DNA from: Antedon mediterranea
Taxonomy: Eukaryota > Animalia > Echinodermata
Length of the DNA stretch: 64,000 bases
Direction: 5' to 3'
Assembly (NCBI RefSeq): GCF_964355755.1
Contig: NC_092676.1
Span: forward strand, 20,354,871-20,418,870
In this document: positions 36,201 to 51,200 of the stretch, in pieces
Layout: the number at the start of each line of letters is the position of its first letter
Numbering within the stretch: position 1 is the first letter of the stretch
Translations under genes and position numbers: made by a program
The notes under the pieces: model-generated
What the model saw: the letters and a program-made list of their open reading frames with translations, nothing else
The model's database searches: none
Told to the model about the DNA's origin: nothing

Positions 36201-39200
36201 TATAATAATATGTACAACATTTTCTAATAAAACAGGTGTTAGATTTTGTTTGCAATTTTGCAGGCACTGTGGTTTTAATTTATGATGATGTACGTTTATT
36301 CCAGCCTATTGAACATTGAACTTCCTGTGTGTTATCTCTATATGTAATTTTATTTTTCTCATTATTTAGTCTCACTTAGCCTATGGCCGTTGCAATGGAA
36401 GTTGACAAGCTATATACTACAGTAGAATAGCTCAGCATGAAAGCTTTTCTTACTGTATAGACATAATACTATTATTATTGTTTAATAATTATAATATTTG
36501 AGTAAATGTGAATATAAAATTTGGTTTTAGATTTGTTGGAGGTGGAGGAGAAGCGTCAAGTCTAGCAGCAGAGGGGTTAGGTGCAGCTCTTGGAATTCTT
36601 GACGACCTGAAAATTAAACGTGACCACGGGTAAGTGCCATTATACATTATGAAACAGTTTTCTGTGTGACAAATATCTATCAATCAATCAATTGTTCGAT
36701 TTATATAGCGCCATTCCAACATTCATTGCTCATGGCGCTGATGAATAAGGTTGCTTTCTTAGGTTCATACTTGTATAAGCCCATGCGAATTTAAGATGGG
36801 TTTACTCTATAGAGTGGGTTTATTATATAAGACTAAATGTTATTGCATAATAAATATGAAGATTACAATTTGTGTTTATTTTAAAAATGTCATCTTGATT
36901 AGAGGTGTCCCCTGAATAGGGATTGGTTAAAGTGTTAAAACATATTTTTCTCCTTATTGTTTCCCAGGAAATGGTCCCCCTAAGGGTATCATACTATTAA
37001 ACTTTGATTTTTTTGCTATAAAAAAAAAATGTGTACATTCCATTCCATTTTTACCATGGACCCTACAAAATAATTTACAAAATTGACAAAAACCAGATAT
37101 TCTCTTTATTGACTAATTATTAATTGTAATATTTAATATGTTTGTTTGTGTGAAGGTCGATTGTTTGTTTACCTTATTTCATTTAATTTAACCCTGACGC
37201 AATAAATGTCTTCACACTGTATGTGTATTTAACCTATTCAATAAATCAGGTGGGGAATTTACCCAAAAAGAAAGCTATATTCTGATAAACAGTATGTATC
37301 ACATTTATTAATGCGTGTGGTAAATTATTGACTATCACAGTGTGTATTCAATATGCAGTAGGTTTTAAATAACAAAAGACCTTTAAAGCCACTTTCTATT
37401 AGATAGCAATAGAATGACATTAGACTACCCGTCGAGACTCTTTCACCAGGCTTCTCATCATACAAGGGAAGGCAAATTAAGTGAGTAATACATTTTTAGA
37501 TGGCCTATGTGTACATAATTTACACATCTTATGATTTTACATTAAAAGTCCTAACATAGATTATTTAACTATTTGGTTATTGTAAATTTAGTTTAATTAA
37601 AACTCTAGGTAACATATTAGTATTGTACAACAATAATTTATTCGAATGTGCAACTATTTGATAATAGGGTTTTTCTCTTCAAAGAAATTTAACAAATTAA
37701 AAAGTCATGGTAACAGAAAATTACCAACCGTTTGACAGGTATACACATTTTAGGTATGATAATCATTTTATAATAAAACAAATTTTTGAATCATAAAAAA
37801 ATACTCTTACTGTTAGTACCATACTTAAAAATGTATGAAAAACCAATACTGATTTATTTAAAACTGGCTCCAAATAATGAGATGGAAACCGATTCAACGT
37901 TTTGATCTTTGTTGTTGTTTCTCTTGTTATTTGTTTTATACTATAAAATTATGAATATAACTAATAACTATAATAGATTTGAGCTATAAAGACAGTACAC
38001 ATTATAATCTACAATAAAAACAGTTTCATGAATGGAAGGTTAGCATAGAAATCAAAACGTGGGGGTGTAGACTATTTCAAAATCCTGGAAAATTTGAAGT
38101 GACTCATAAAGCTAATAAAAACAAACATTTCCATTTGTTTGTTTGTGATAATCTACTTAACTATTATATCACCACCATTTATACAAACATAAGGTACTTA
38201 TGTTTCAGACCTACAAAGATATAATTTTGTAGGGTAAACTGAAAGGGAGGTTACATAGTAATTAGCATCATAACAAAGTTTTAACTTTATTAACAATTGT
38301 CACCGATTGGGCGAACATCTGGTACGCAGGAATCAATTCCATTGATTAGTGATTTAAAAAAATTAATGTGACTTTCGTGTCGTCAATAATCTTGTATCTT
38401 GAACTCTCATATCAAATGAAAGGTCAGTGTTGTAAGAGAGGTGGCTTCCACTAATCTTTGCTAGTTTGAAGTTGTGTACTACAGTGTACACCACGGAACC
38501 ATAACTCTGTATGTCTGAACTGGCTGTTAATTCTGGTTGACGGTAATTAAGGTAATATACTGTATTTTATAATGTAAATTTGAGGCATTTCATACAGTAG
38601 GGTAGGTTAGATGACACCTATCTGACTGATAGTCTGAAATTTAGTGTACATGCTGTACCCTCTAGTATTATAAGTAAGAACTGAGTAATTGATACCATGG
38701 AGGATTTTTTTTTTTTATACTGTTCATCCATGGAGGTATAAAAATAGTTTACCTCCATGGTTCATCTACATATTAAAATTATCCTTTAATATTACAAATG
38801 CATTATTTAAGTACAATAGCCTTCTGTGTGTAAAACCTTCTATTGTTCATATTCTATTGTTAAATACATTTTCCATACAGCTTGATCTGTATTTAATTGA
38901 GGAGGTTCAATGTTTAAAAATTTGATATCCCATAATAATAAATGTCAATTGTCATGCTGTATTCATTATCAAACAATGTTGTCATGGACATCAACATAAT
39001 CATGTGTAATATAAATGTTCAGCCATTGATCGCATCGATACAAGTCATTACAAGATTGCATTACTCTCTGGCTTTTTCCTCAGAGAGATTCATTTAATGT
39101 TTGAAAACCTGATCGACAGGTTATATTATGGAGCACTCAGCGTGTGCTGATGCTTTGCCATTGTATTGACCTGAGTTGACCCTGTCACGGTTCACTGCTT

Positions 39201-42200
39201 CATTGCCATTTCAACTGCATAGATAAACACCACTGCTATATTTGGCAACTCATGCCTTATTACACAGACAGTGGTTTTATAAGCAAACGACATAGGAAAC
39301 TACAGAATAGCTGTTCTGTGTATACTTAAACTATGCAGTAGACATTCTGGAATATACTTGTGTACATGGTATAGCGGTGAATCTTGGATTTTTAGCTGCC
39401 AGTGGCAGTGACCATTCCACTGATTGTTGACGATTCATTTCTCTTCATCAAGGTTTGTATTGTTTCTTGTGTTGACCGTGGTCTGTACATTTTCATTCAA
39501 CAATGTGGAACAGAGACTAGTCACTTCCTGAACTAAATTGTATTGACAATTTATTTCACATTTCACAGACATCATTTTCCTTTTGATATTTGTGTTAACA
39601 GCTTGGATCTTTGATGAAATGTCATTAATTAAGTCACTTGGAACATATTAGAATTAAACTTAGAATTTTGTCTCGATATATAAACATTTTTCAGTATTAA
39701 TACAGTATAGCACAGTTTAGTAGGAGTAGGCTATTTGTTTTGTTTATGCTGTGTGAAAACTATGTACAGAATGTAATTATAAAATTTTAATAATTTTTCG
39801 GATTTTGGATACACCTCCCAAAATTTGAACGATGTAGTTATTATATAGACCATTAGAGTATGTTCAACTACTGTACTTTCTGATATATACAGTACATCCT
39901 CCTTCGTCCTTAAAAACGAAATTTTGTTGTGGAAGGTTTGGTTGTGGTATAAGACAAATGTATTGGGCCAGCCTTTATGGTTATACCTGCCAGTGTGGAA
40001 AATTTTGCATAAAAATAATTGTGTTATTACAGTACTCAGAGTATTACAGTAGTTAATATATTGATATATAATTATAAACCAGTCTGGATTACCCTGTGTC
40101 TGGTACTACCACCAGCATTCTTTCCTGGTACTACGGTATAACACATTACTAACCCAATCTGGTTTTACTATCATGGTTACATAGGAATAAACTTTACTCT
40201 GGTGTATACAATACCTGTGTCATGGTACAGTACCTGTATATTTCTACTAACCCACTCTGTTTTAAACCATGTCATGGTACAATTTACAGGTAAAAACTAA
40301 CCCACTCCATTGTGTATACATACTGTATGCCATGGTAATGTTACATAAATAAATTTCTCCTGGTTTTTGTAAACTATAAATAGCTTTTGATATTTCAATT
40401 GTGCTTGGCAGTTATATAATTGAATTTTGCAAACAATAATAGCAAGCACATCATAGCAGTAACTCAATCAATAAATGAGGTGAGAGAAATAGCCTTTCTC
40501 TTAACACAAACCAGATGTATTGAATCGGTTTTTATGATGGTACATAGCATATCAAGGGAGGGGGTGTTTACACCTTTTGCTCTCCCGGTTTTCTTTTATC
40601 TTGAGTTGTATAGATTCTATTAGCAATTGCCTCTCTGTACTGTGACCTTTCATAAACAGTAGGTTTTATCAAGCGAGCACTGTAGAAAGAAGTAAAAGTG
40701 ATACAATTATAGGTTTTTGTATTCTGTATGGATACAGAAATTTCAATTCAATTATGGTGATTACATAGACTCTTAAAAGGTACTGTACTGTACTGTACAG
40801 CATTTTAATAATTATGTAATTTATGGCCTAGTTATTATGCATAATACTTCTAAAGCTCTGTCTATAAACTATTAAATTTTATGTGACAAAAACATGTGAT
40901 GTGCCTATATATGGATAATGATGTCATATCACTTACTAGTACCATATTTGTTCATACCACTACCATATATGGGCACATCCCACTTGAGAGCTAAGAGGCT
41001 CAGTTTGAAAGCAAACACTTGTTTCCCATCCTGTAAATACAACAGATGGAGACTAGCTGTCACAGCAATTATAATTCAGAAATATGTCAATATACTGAGT
41101 AAACCTGCATGATATTATTAATCTGTACAATAGACCTACAGTATTTTTAAAACTGTTCTGAGCCAATATTTCTTAAGTACAATTAAAGTGGTAGGTAGGC
41201 AATATCATCAAATACTTAGTCTACATATTAGGATTAATAATCCATATATTGGGATTTTTAATCAACATAGTAGGATTGAAAATCCACATATTGAGAATAA
41301 TAATCAACATATTGGGATTAATAATCAACATATTGGGATTAATAATTCACATATTGGGAATAATAATCCACATATTGAGATTAATAATCCACATTTTGGG
41401 ATTAATAACCCACATATTGGGATTAATAATCCACATATAGGGATTAATAATCCACATTGATATTAATACCTAAAGTAGCTTCTAGCTGGAAAAGTGGAAA
41501 CATGGTGAACATGTGACCAAATTGACATGTTTTTTTTAAATCATATTCTGCTATTTTATTAGCTCTTTCACTGATTGTAGATTTCAATCAGAAAATAGAT
41601 TGTAATGAGAAAATCTGTTCAAAAGCCATTATAATAATACTGCTTGAAAGGCAGCAAACTTTCTGAGAAAACTCGTTTTCAATCTAGTTGCTTGCAGTGC
41701 TGTATTATTTAATTTCATAATAACAATATGATTTCAAGTTTATTTATATACATTTTAAAGTTTTAATAGTAGCTTTGATGAGTGACCTCTTTTCTAATCT
41801 TATAACAAAAGATCATAGTTTGAATAGAGATACCTATGTATGGTATTTAAAACGTTACACCACTCCTATTCTATACAAAATTTGTGCCATAAAATCTCCA
41901 TATTTGTACATGTCCATAAATTATTACCACTGTAGTGTACCATCAGTTTTTAACAATTTATGCATGATTTGGAATTGTTAATAAGAAATAAGTTAATTCA
42001 AGATCATTTAAAATTTATGACCGAAATTGATCCTGAAATGTATCCTGATTGTTTAATCTGACTGGTGGTTGTAACGGCTATCATTAGCAATCGTAATGTA
42101 AGACTTGATTACAGTATCAGTGTTCATGCCCTTTTAATTATACAAATAGTTATCTTGTAAAGACATTCGTCATACTTCATGCTGTCACTTTATAGGGTTT

Positions 42201-45200
42201 TAATTTGTGAGAGCCACAACCTTTATTAGCAGCATTACTATGAAAACACTTATTTTATAAAGAACAATCTAGAATTAAAGATAGCAAACATAAGAAATAA
42301 TAATAATAAGTTGTTAGAGTTGCAACCTTTATTTGCAGCATTACTAATAATGAAAACACTTATTTTATAAAGAACAATCTAGAATTAAAGATAGCAAACA
42401 TAAGAAATAATAATAATAATTTGTTAGAGTTGCAACCTTTGTCAGCAGCATAGCTTACTAAATAACAATGAAAACACATTTAAAAAATCTAAAATTAAAG
42501 ATACTGTAGCAAACATAAGAAATATAGAAACAACATATTTTTTTAAACTGCATGTCGCTTTATAGGATTTTAATTTGTTAGAGTTGCAACCTTTGTCAGT
42601 AGCATAGCATTACTAACTACTGATATGAAAACACATATTTTATAAAGAACAATTCTGAATTAAATATAGCAAACGCAAACAAATACATAAAAAACATACT
42701 TTGGTTATTATTACTGTTTAGACAAAGCTAAAGAACATTTTATTTTGTAGTTACTACAATTGACCCATTTGAAAAGCATGTACAAATCATGGATTACTGT
42801 AAGTTCTTCAGAGCCTGGGGTGAAATTGACTCATAAAGGGTACATTTCGTTCAAAACAGTTTACTGTTTTGAACGCTGATTGAAATGCATTGTCAGAAAT
42901 CAGTAAATTTCTTCATGGGTAGACATATTTGATTTGCAGCTAGGATTCATTTACAGTGGTTTGCCATACCTTGCAGAGAGACCATAAACCGTTAAATACA
43001 CTTCTACTGTCTGTAGTTGTTGAAATAGATTAAATTTCATACTGCAGCCTATTGAAACGTATCCTTCCTATTGTGTATTGTTAATTGAATAACGATATTA
43101 GCTCCAAATTAGTGAAAGTCCAACATAAGGAAGTGTGTGATTGTGGGGACAATGATATCTAATTGGTTACAGATGCATTGAGCGTCAACAGTCCAACCTA
43201 TGAGCAATTATCGTGTGATATTGTATCAGTTCTCTATAAATTAATAGCAACTGTGTTCATCAGAATCATACCATTATAAGGGTATTGCTAAACACCGCAA
43301 ACCCCGCAAACCCCCGCAAACCTCCAAAAAAACATAGCAAACCCCATCGAACCAACATAAAAGTGATTGAATCATGTAGTGTACAACCCACTGGGTATAT
43401 CAATGTAAAAAAAATAATACATTTTTACTGTTAACTAATTATTTTTAAAGTGATTGAATCATGTAGTGTACAACCCACTGGGTATATCCATGTAAAAAAA
43501 ATAATACATTTTTACTGTTAACTAGTTATTTTTAGGGTCAAACATCATTTTTTGGTCAAAAATGATTGCTAATTTTTAACCAAAAAATGATGTTTTATCC
43601 CCAAAAATAAGTAGTTAACAGTAGAAATTTAATAATTTATATACCCAGTGGGTCGTACACTACATTATTCAATCACTTTTATGTTGGTTCGGTGGGGTTT
43701 GCTATGGTTTTTTGGAGGTTTGCGGGGTTTACCAATCAATTTTGACCAAAAAATGATGTTTTACCCCAAAAATAAGTTGTTAACAGTAGAAATTTAATAT
43801 TTTTTTTACATTGATATACCCAGTGGGTTGTACACTACATGATTCAATCACTTTTATGTTGGTTCGGTGGGGTTTGCTATGTTTTTTTGGAGGTTTGCGG
43901 GGGTTTGCGGTGTTTAGCAATACCCCCATTATAACAGTTTTTTTAAACTCTGTAAGCTAAAAGCTTTGCGGTACTGTACAGTACATAATTGATAATAATA
44001 GTCTTATTCGTGCCAAGCTTACCTGGATAAATTAACAATAGCTCATGCTCTCCAGAGAGAGGATTAGATACGAAAGCTTAAAGTTCCTAGGATACTCCTG
44101 GACCATAATGGACTAGTCCACAACCTCATTAGTATGGGATGTGGAGCTGGGTAGGGGTGGTGGGAACTATAAACATTCCAATTTTATATAAACTAAAAGA
44201 TATTTCCGGAAATGAGTTTCATGTAAAAAAAAATAAAAAATTACTATTTATAAATAAAATGTAAAGTAAACTTTATAATCAAACTACTATGTTGTGTTTT
44301 TTTAAATGTATACAGACTTTAAATAAGAAAAAATATTCATAGAAAATAATGTACTTTCTGTGGTTTGACAAACAATTGGCTAATTCATGAGTTTCTTTGA
44401 AATTGATGATGTCACAGAAATGGCATTGGTTGTGACATTCACTTGATTACATAAGCCATATAGTACACCATATTATCTTGCACAATTCAATTGATTGCCC
44501 AGTGTGTATTTCATTATTTAAGCTCTGTCCACTCCAAACTTGTTTTACAAAAAAGTGTGATGTGCCCAAATATGGTAGTGATATACCCAAATATGGTAGT
44601 GATTGATCACCATTTAATGGGCAAGGCACATCACATTATTTAACCACATAATAAAGTTTGATAGTGTAGACAGAGCTTTAGACCCTACAGTAGTATTTAT
44701 TTATTGTGACATTGACTTGGTTACATAAGCCATACTGTACACCATATTATTCTTCACAATTCAATTGATTGCCCAGTGTGTATTTCATTACACCTTACTT
44801 AGACCCTACTGTAGTATTTATTTATTGTGACATTGACTTGGTTACATAAGCCATACTGTACACCATATTATTCTTCACAATTCAATTGATTGCCCAGTGT
44901 GTATTTCATTACACCTTACTTAGACCCTACTGTAGTATTTATTTATTGTGACATTGACTTGGTTACATAAGCCATACTGTACACCATATTATTCTTCACA
45001 ATTCAATTGATTGCCCAGTGTGTATTTCATTACACCTTACTTAGACCCTACTGTAGTATTTATTTATTGTGACATTGACTTGGTTACATAAGCCATACTG
45101 TACACCATATTATTCCTCACAATTCAATTGATTGCCCGGTGTGTATTTCATTACACCTTACTTAGACCCTACTGTAGTATTTATTTATTGTGACATTGAC

Positions 45201-48200
45201 TTGGTTAACACCATATTATTCTTCACAATTCAATTGATTGCCCAGTGTGTATTTCATTACACCTTACTTAGACCCTACTGTAGTATTTATTTATTGTGAC
45301 ATTGACTTGGTTACATATTAGCCATACTGTACACCATATTATTCTTCACAATTCAATTGATTGCCCAGTATGTATTTCATTAAACCTTTACTTAGGCCCT
45401 ACTGTAATATTTATTTATTTTATACAGTATTATACAGTATTAACAATCTAAAAAACAAGTTGAATATTTTCACTTAGAAATATTATACTATACTTGACAC
45501 AAGATTTTAAACAAATTGAATTCTTCTGTATGAAACTTAGTACATGACTGAGTATAATCCCAGGGGTGCTGGGTATCTAATTTGGGAAAAATTATTGGGT
45601 TGTTTATACAGTTACTCAGATGGTATTAACAATGGAATTGATCAAACTTTTATGTCGGAATTTAGCATAAATTTAATAGGTGGTGGGATTTAATACTTGA
45701 GCATGGGATTATAATCGGTCAGGTCATATATATTACACTTTACATATAAATTAAAATACTAAACTGATTGGTTTTGATTGGATAAAAACACAATGAATGA
45801 ATATAAAGAGCACAATAGAAGGATAAATTACAATATGTACAGCTTGTGGAATGTTGCTCTCTTATTGGCTAATATCAGTTGAACCCCTCCTCATCAAGAA
45901 AGGGTAGGGAGACCTTATTACAACCTTATTACATTGTAATTAATATTGCTTTAGATTTTTTATTGTAATGTAAGTATCACACAGAGAGAAAATGGTTCTC
46001 ATGTACAGAGTAAATTTGAAACTGAAATTATGTTTTAGGCTCTGTCTACACAATCAAACTAGTCTACAGAAAAACTGTCATGTGCCCAAATATGGTAGTG
46101 ATCTACCTAAATATGGTAGTGATATGACATTATTCTGTCAATATATGGGCACATTACATTTATTCGTCACATAAAGTTTGATAGTGTACAGTAGACAGAG
46201 CTTTATGCTGTGCAATAAGAACCCTTAATTGCGTATTATAATATTTATATCTCACTTTGATATTCTCTAGGATATTTCAGAGGCATTTGCCTGAATCATC
46301 TCAAGTTCTAGAATTATTTATGTTGTGGTGTTATTGCAAGCAGTCATCTATTATTATAATAATATTACTGAGAACATTTTTGCTACAGTAGTGTACTGTA
46401 GCATAGCCAAATGTTAGTTAGCCAAAAACGCAATAGGAAACTTCTCCAAATACACAGGATGATCAGCAATTATTCATCATCATCATGATCATCATCTTCA
46501 TCACAATCATCATCTTCATCATGATCATCTTCATCATTATCTTCATCATCTTCATTTTCATCTTTATCATCATCTTCGTCTTCATCGTATCTTCATCATC
46601 ATCAGTCATCATCTTCTTCTTCATCATCATCATCATCATTTCTTTACCATAAATCTTCACATCACCCTTTTGCCATCCTCTTTCAGATTTTTTTTTTTTT
46701 ATCTTCATAGGATAAATTTCAAACAGCAGTGTGTTCTGTTTTGCAACACTCCTCCCTTTGATGCACCAATTATGGAAGGCCCACGTTACATGGGGTACAC
46801 AGCTGAACAAGTTGCTACCAAGATGGCAGAGGTTTGTATTTTATCCAAGGGTTTATTTATAGATTAACTAGAGAGGGAACTGGCAGGTCCGGCTAGGTCT
46901 CCATAAATTACCGCTGTATATCTGTTCAAAAATTAGAATTGAAATAACTAATTTATTAGAAAATTTCTTCAACTTTAGCATTGATATGGTCAACACATTT
47001 CAACTGCGTCATAGTGGTGTGTGACTACAAACGGATGTGCCTGATTGTTAAGCGTGTTGCAGCCCAATTTGTGGTCCCTCTCCATGGTGAATCACTGTGA
47101 TTAATTTGAATTCACTTTCTAGTTAATTATATACAAACTCTTTGTATTTTGTACATTTCTGTTTTGCTATATATGTGTCTATGCAATGAAAGTAACATAA
47201 AGACCTATGATGTCATGATTACCTTTAACCTATATCCAGTGATTAATTTACTGAAGTTCCTAAAGGAAATAGTATTTGAATGAGCTATTGAATTGTTATC
47301 AGTGTTCGCAATTAACAGGTGGGAAGTCACGACTGTATCGATTCTGTATTCACTTGTTTAAGGTCACACGCAAATGAAATTTACCAAAACGTCAGGAATG
47401 TTTTTACAGTTTATAGGCTTTTCACATGATGAATAATTTTCTGACTGAAAGTATGACAAAGGATTGTTTTAAAAAGATTGTTTTAATGTAGTTTATATTT
47501 ACTGTATTTGCTACAGCCAAATTGTTTGGGAACATTGCCATAGTGGTGATATGCGTTTTGATTCGAGTTCTAGCTATTTAGATGTCCTGGGATTATAAAC
47601 ATGTTGGTGTTTTTATGTACCGTATGTACGGTAATAGTTAAAAGTATTAAAGGAAACCACTGCAAACTGCCCTATTACATATGTGTAGGTTCAAGCCACA
47701 TTCAATGTACAGTACAGGACAGCCAACTTTTATTCTTGGACAAGTGAATATCTCACAGATACTTGTACTGGGACAAATGGGAAAAAATGCTTGTGAACCT
47801 GATCTTTTAGTAGCTCTGAATATCTGCTGACCATAAATTAACCTTTACAGTAGGAATGTAGACAGTTTAATAAGAGTATTACATTCATTCACTTAACCTT
47901 TCACCTTTATTATAGCGTGGAGTAAACTTGTCTGTTGTCAGCCCTCGGAAGTTGTATCCCTTGCAACGTTTATTTGAACGAGCCTTAGGCGATGTCCAGA
48001 TGACGTCGGTGAAAGACTATTCAGTTGATCCTCACCATTTGGTGCTATTACAAGGATTTCAGTTAAAAGGTAAAGATTTATATCATAATATGGATTATTT
48101 CTCATGATAAATAATCTAGCAGTTATCCCTATATATTCTGACGTGGAGGGGCTAACCACAGCATTTACCAAGGATAAGCAGTAGGAATATTAGCATACCA

Positions 48201-51200
48201 TCAAGGGACATGGGAAAGCTTGTAATGGTAACTAACACCAGTACAAGCTTTGTGTGAGATTATTGATCATGGAGTTGAATCTTGGCATTTATATCATTTG
48301 ATCTAATATTCATTGTAAAGCTTTGTCTACACTATCAAACTTTATGTAACAACAAAATGTGATTTGCCCATATATGGACATGATGATGTCATATCATTAC
48401 CATATCTGGGCATATCACTACCATATTTGGGCACATCACACTTTTGTTGTCAAGCTAGTTTGATAGCATCGACAAAGCTTTAAATGCATGTAGCAATGCT
48501 GACTTCATTTGCTGGTAATATTAACTAATGGATTGTGTGCTAAATGCTTGTCTTTACCATCTGTGAATGTAAAATGAGAATTGTACAAAAGTATTATATA
48601 TCATTGCTAATCATCTTTGCCTCCAGCTTTAAAGCCTTTCCAAAGTATAAACCTTACTTCCACTACCTACTGTAGCTCACGTCTGTAGTAGCCATGTTTT
48701 TGTATATTTGTTTTTACCTCTAAGGGAAACAAATTATCATAAGCTAGGCTAGTTTGGCCACATATTTAATACCACTTTTGGGTGGGGAAAGGTGTTCATT
48801 CAAACTATAATTTTCTCCAATTGGTACAACTAAAAAAAACCAGGAATGGAATTACCCATCCTACTCGGGAGATGCTTATTTTACACACTTGGCAGTATCT
48901 AGTTTGTTTTTAATGGTATTTTTTTAACAGTTTAAATTTTTTTTGTGGAAATTCTCAAGTCTATCTCGTTTTTAGCTTACCTGGATAAACCGACATGGGC
49001 CTATTCTCTCCGAGAAGAGAGTTGGGATGTTCCCACTTGAGGGCAGGGTCCATGGAATGAACCATTATCTGACAGAGGTGTTTCATAAATTGTTTATATA
49101 TATATTCGAGTTGTAGCTCTCTTTTCGGACAGAATAGGCCAATGTTGGTTTATCCATGTAAGCCAGCACTTATAGACAACCCAACACCACTTTTGGTTTG
49201 TGTATGTTTTTATATAATGGTTGATTCCAACAGAGCAATCATCAACCATTGCTATGGATACAACAAGTGCTCCTGTAGCTAAAGTGTCTCCATTGAATGG
49301 AACTCCAGCAAACAGCGTTTCCACCGCTTCAAGCTTCTCAAAGCCCTCTCCAACATCTACAGGTTCGACAACTTTCATTTTATGTTTATTACTTAGCTTA
49401 TTTACCATATTTCTTTTGACTGGCCAAAATGCAGTGATATAACTACAAAAAAAACTTAGTTTAGTGGAATGATCTTTGGAGGTTTAAGTGACTTCTATAA
49501 GGTGCTAATTAAACATCAATCTCTAACCCCATGCACAAATAGCTGTTTAGTAATCCTTAATAATACACAACTTTGTCTAATTATGATGGTACCTTTTGAA
49601 TGGGTGCGAATTAGTTTAAATTTGGTTACTAGACCCACCCTTTCAATTCAATTCAATTCAAAATTATTTAATCATCCCACACGGGGCAATTCAAATAAAA
49701 AGGTCTGGATTAAAATGATCTTACAAAATATACAAAATATTGATAGGAGAGATTATGCTGATTAAATTGGGTTAAAGACCTTTAACTTGACCACACCCAT
49801 CTCTAACCAGTATCTACTTCCATGCACAAATAGCTGTGTATTATTCCTTAATAATATAAAACTTTTTCCAAATATGATGGTATATCTACCACCAACAAAA
49901 CACCCTTTGAATGGGTGCGAATAAGTTAGATTTGGTTACTAGACCCACCCTTTAAATAGTGATACAGGAATGCAAGTACAGTAGTTTCTTTAATAGGATG
50001 CTGATTAAGTTAAAGATCTTTATCTTTATGCTAGGTGATCACACCCACCTCCAACCACTAACTAATTCCATGCAAACACAACTTTGAAATACTATTACTA
50101 TAACATCATAGATATGTGCCTAGCATAACCTTATGGTATATAAAAATTATTATAGAGATTGGTTGACCAAACAAAATCAATAAGCTGTTTAATCAAATGG
50201 GGGAATTGGGGAATTAATGTGTTTGACTGTTTTAATGTTTGTTATCATTTGCATGTTGTTGCATGTTCTGTGTCTTGTCTTTGCATGATTACAATATCTT
50301 TGGGATTTCCTCGGGATTTCCTCAAAATTATTCCTTAATTATTGTATTTTGTAAAGTATTGACATTGATGTTATTGCATAATGGTTGAATCAATTTCCTA
50401 ACAGTAACACATCCTATTATTAGGACTGTGTAATTACCAGCCTATAATTTGTGCATATAGCCTGAAATGGAGAGAGACAAGTTCTTGTGAAAGGTTATGC
50501 ATAAAGATAAAAATAAATCTTAAAAGTAAAGTACTTAAATGTTTAATGACTGACATTAGGTCATCATTATTATTATTATTATTTTTATCATTAAGGCCAA
50601 TTTACACAGATGAGCAGTAACAGTAAGCGGAAAACCATGTAGCTTGTCCCACATAGAATCTGTATCTATCCTTAATGGAAACCACCTGCCTACTCCACGT
50701 TTTGTGTAAATGGTCATAAGAAATAGCATTGATTTATATTTTTATTACTGTATTACTGCTTGTCTGTGTAAATTGGCCTTTATTAATTATACTGTTGTTA
50801 TTAAGCATTATATTTAAATAAATAGGTAATGTTTTGAGTTTTATTTACAGGCGTAAGTGGTGGAGCACAGGTTCTGAGTCCAAGACCTACAGGGGGGCAT
50901 ATTGGTATTGGCTCACCCTCAACGCAAGGTTCAGTGGCAAGTGGATTCAAGGTGCCAGTTAAAAATACAAACACTGGTACTTATAATTCATTATTTATCA
51001 TCATTCCCTTCCACACCATCACCAGTTTTGATTTTCGTAATTTTTTAATTCGTGACAACGCAACACTGTAAGCACAATGGAAGTGAGTTGACTAATCGCA
51101 AAGTTTGAATGAGCCATCGTGTTGTGATTGGTCAAATAACTTACGGCACGCTTGGGGGAATTAAGTGCACAACTGAAGCATTATACTCTGAGATTATTCT

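Noticed and set aside
41188-41460. ORFs with HIGINNP / ILGLII repeats
   Set aside because: Translation of a 21 bp intronic minisatellite; no splice or homology support.
44430-45420. CRISPR-like array
   Set aside because: Contiguous tandem units with no unique spacers, eukaryotic context and no cas genes.
46463-46810. Met/Lys-rich 115 aa minus-strand ORF
   Set aside because: Product of a CAT/CTT microsatellite, antisense to a MED25 exon.
46832-47915. U12-type intron (CTTAAC near the acceptor)
   Set aside because: The donor is GTTTGT, not the U12 consensus RTATCCTT.
48116-48240. Possible H/ACA snoRNA (hairpin, ATATTA, hairpin, ACA)
   Set aside because: The pocket-to-H-box distance is ~25 nt instead of 14-16, a competing hairpin exists (AGCTTGTA/TACAAGCT), and no target is recognisable. 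It would need snoReport/Infernal support.
44016-49070. Two related minus-strand 'exons' ending TTTATCCAG|GTAAG (44016-44110, 48975-49070), suggesting a nested antisense gene
   Set aside because: The 48975 copy is one arm of an inverted repeat (partner 49115-49163) and the 44016 copy has a stop/frameshift. A MITE terminus explains both better.
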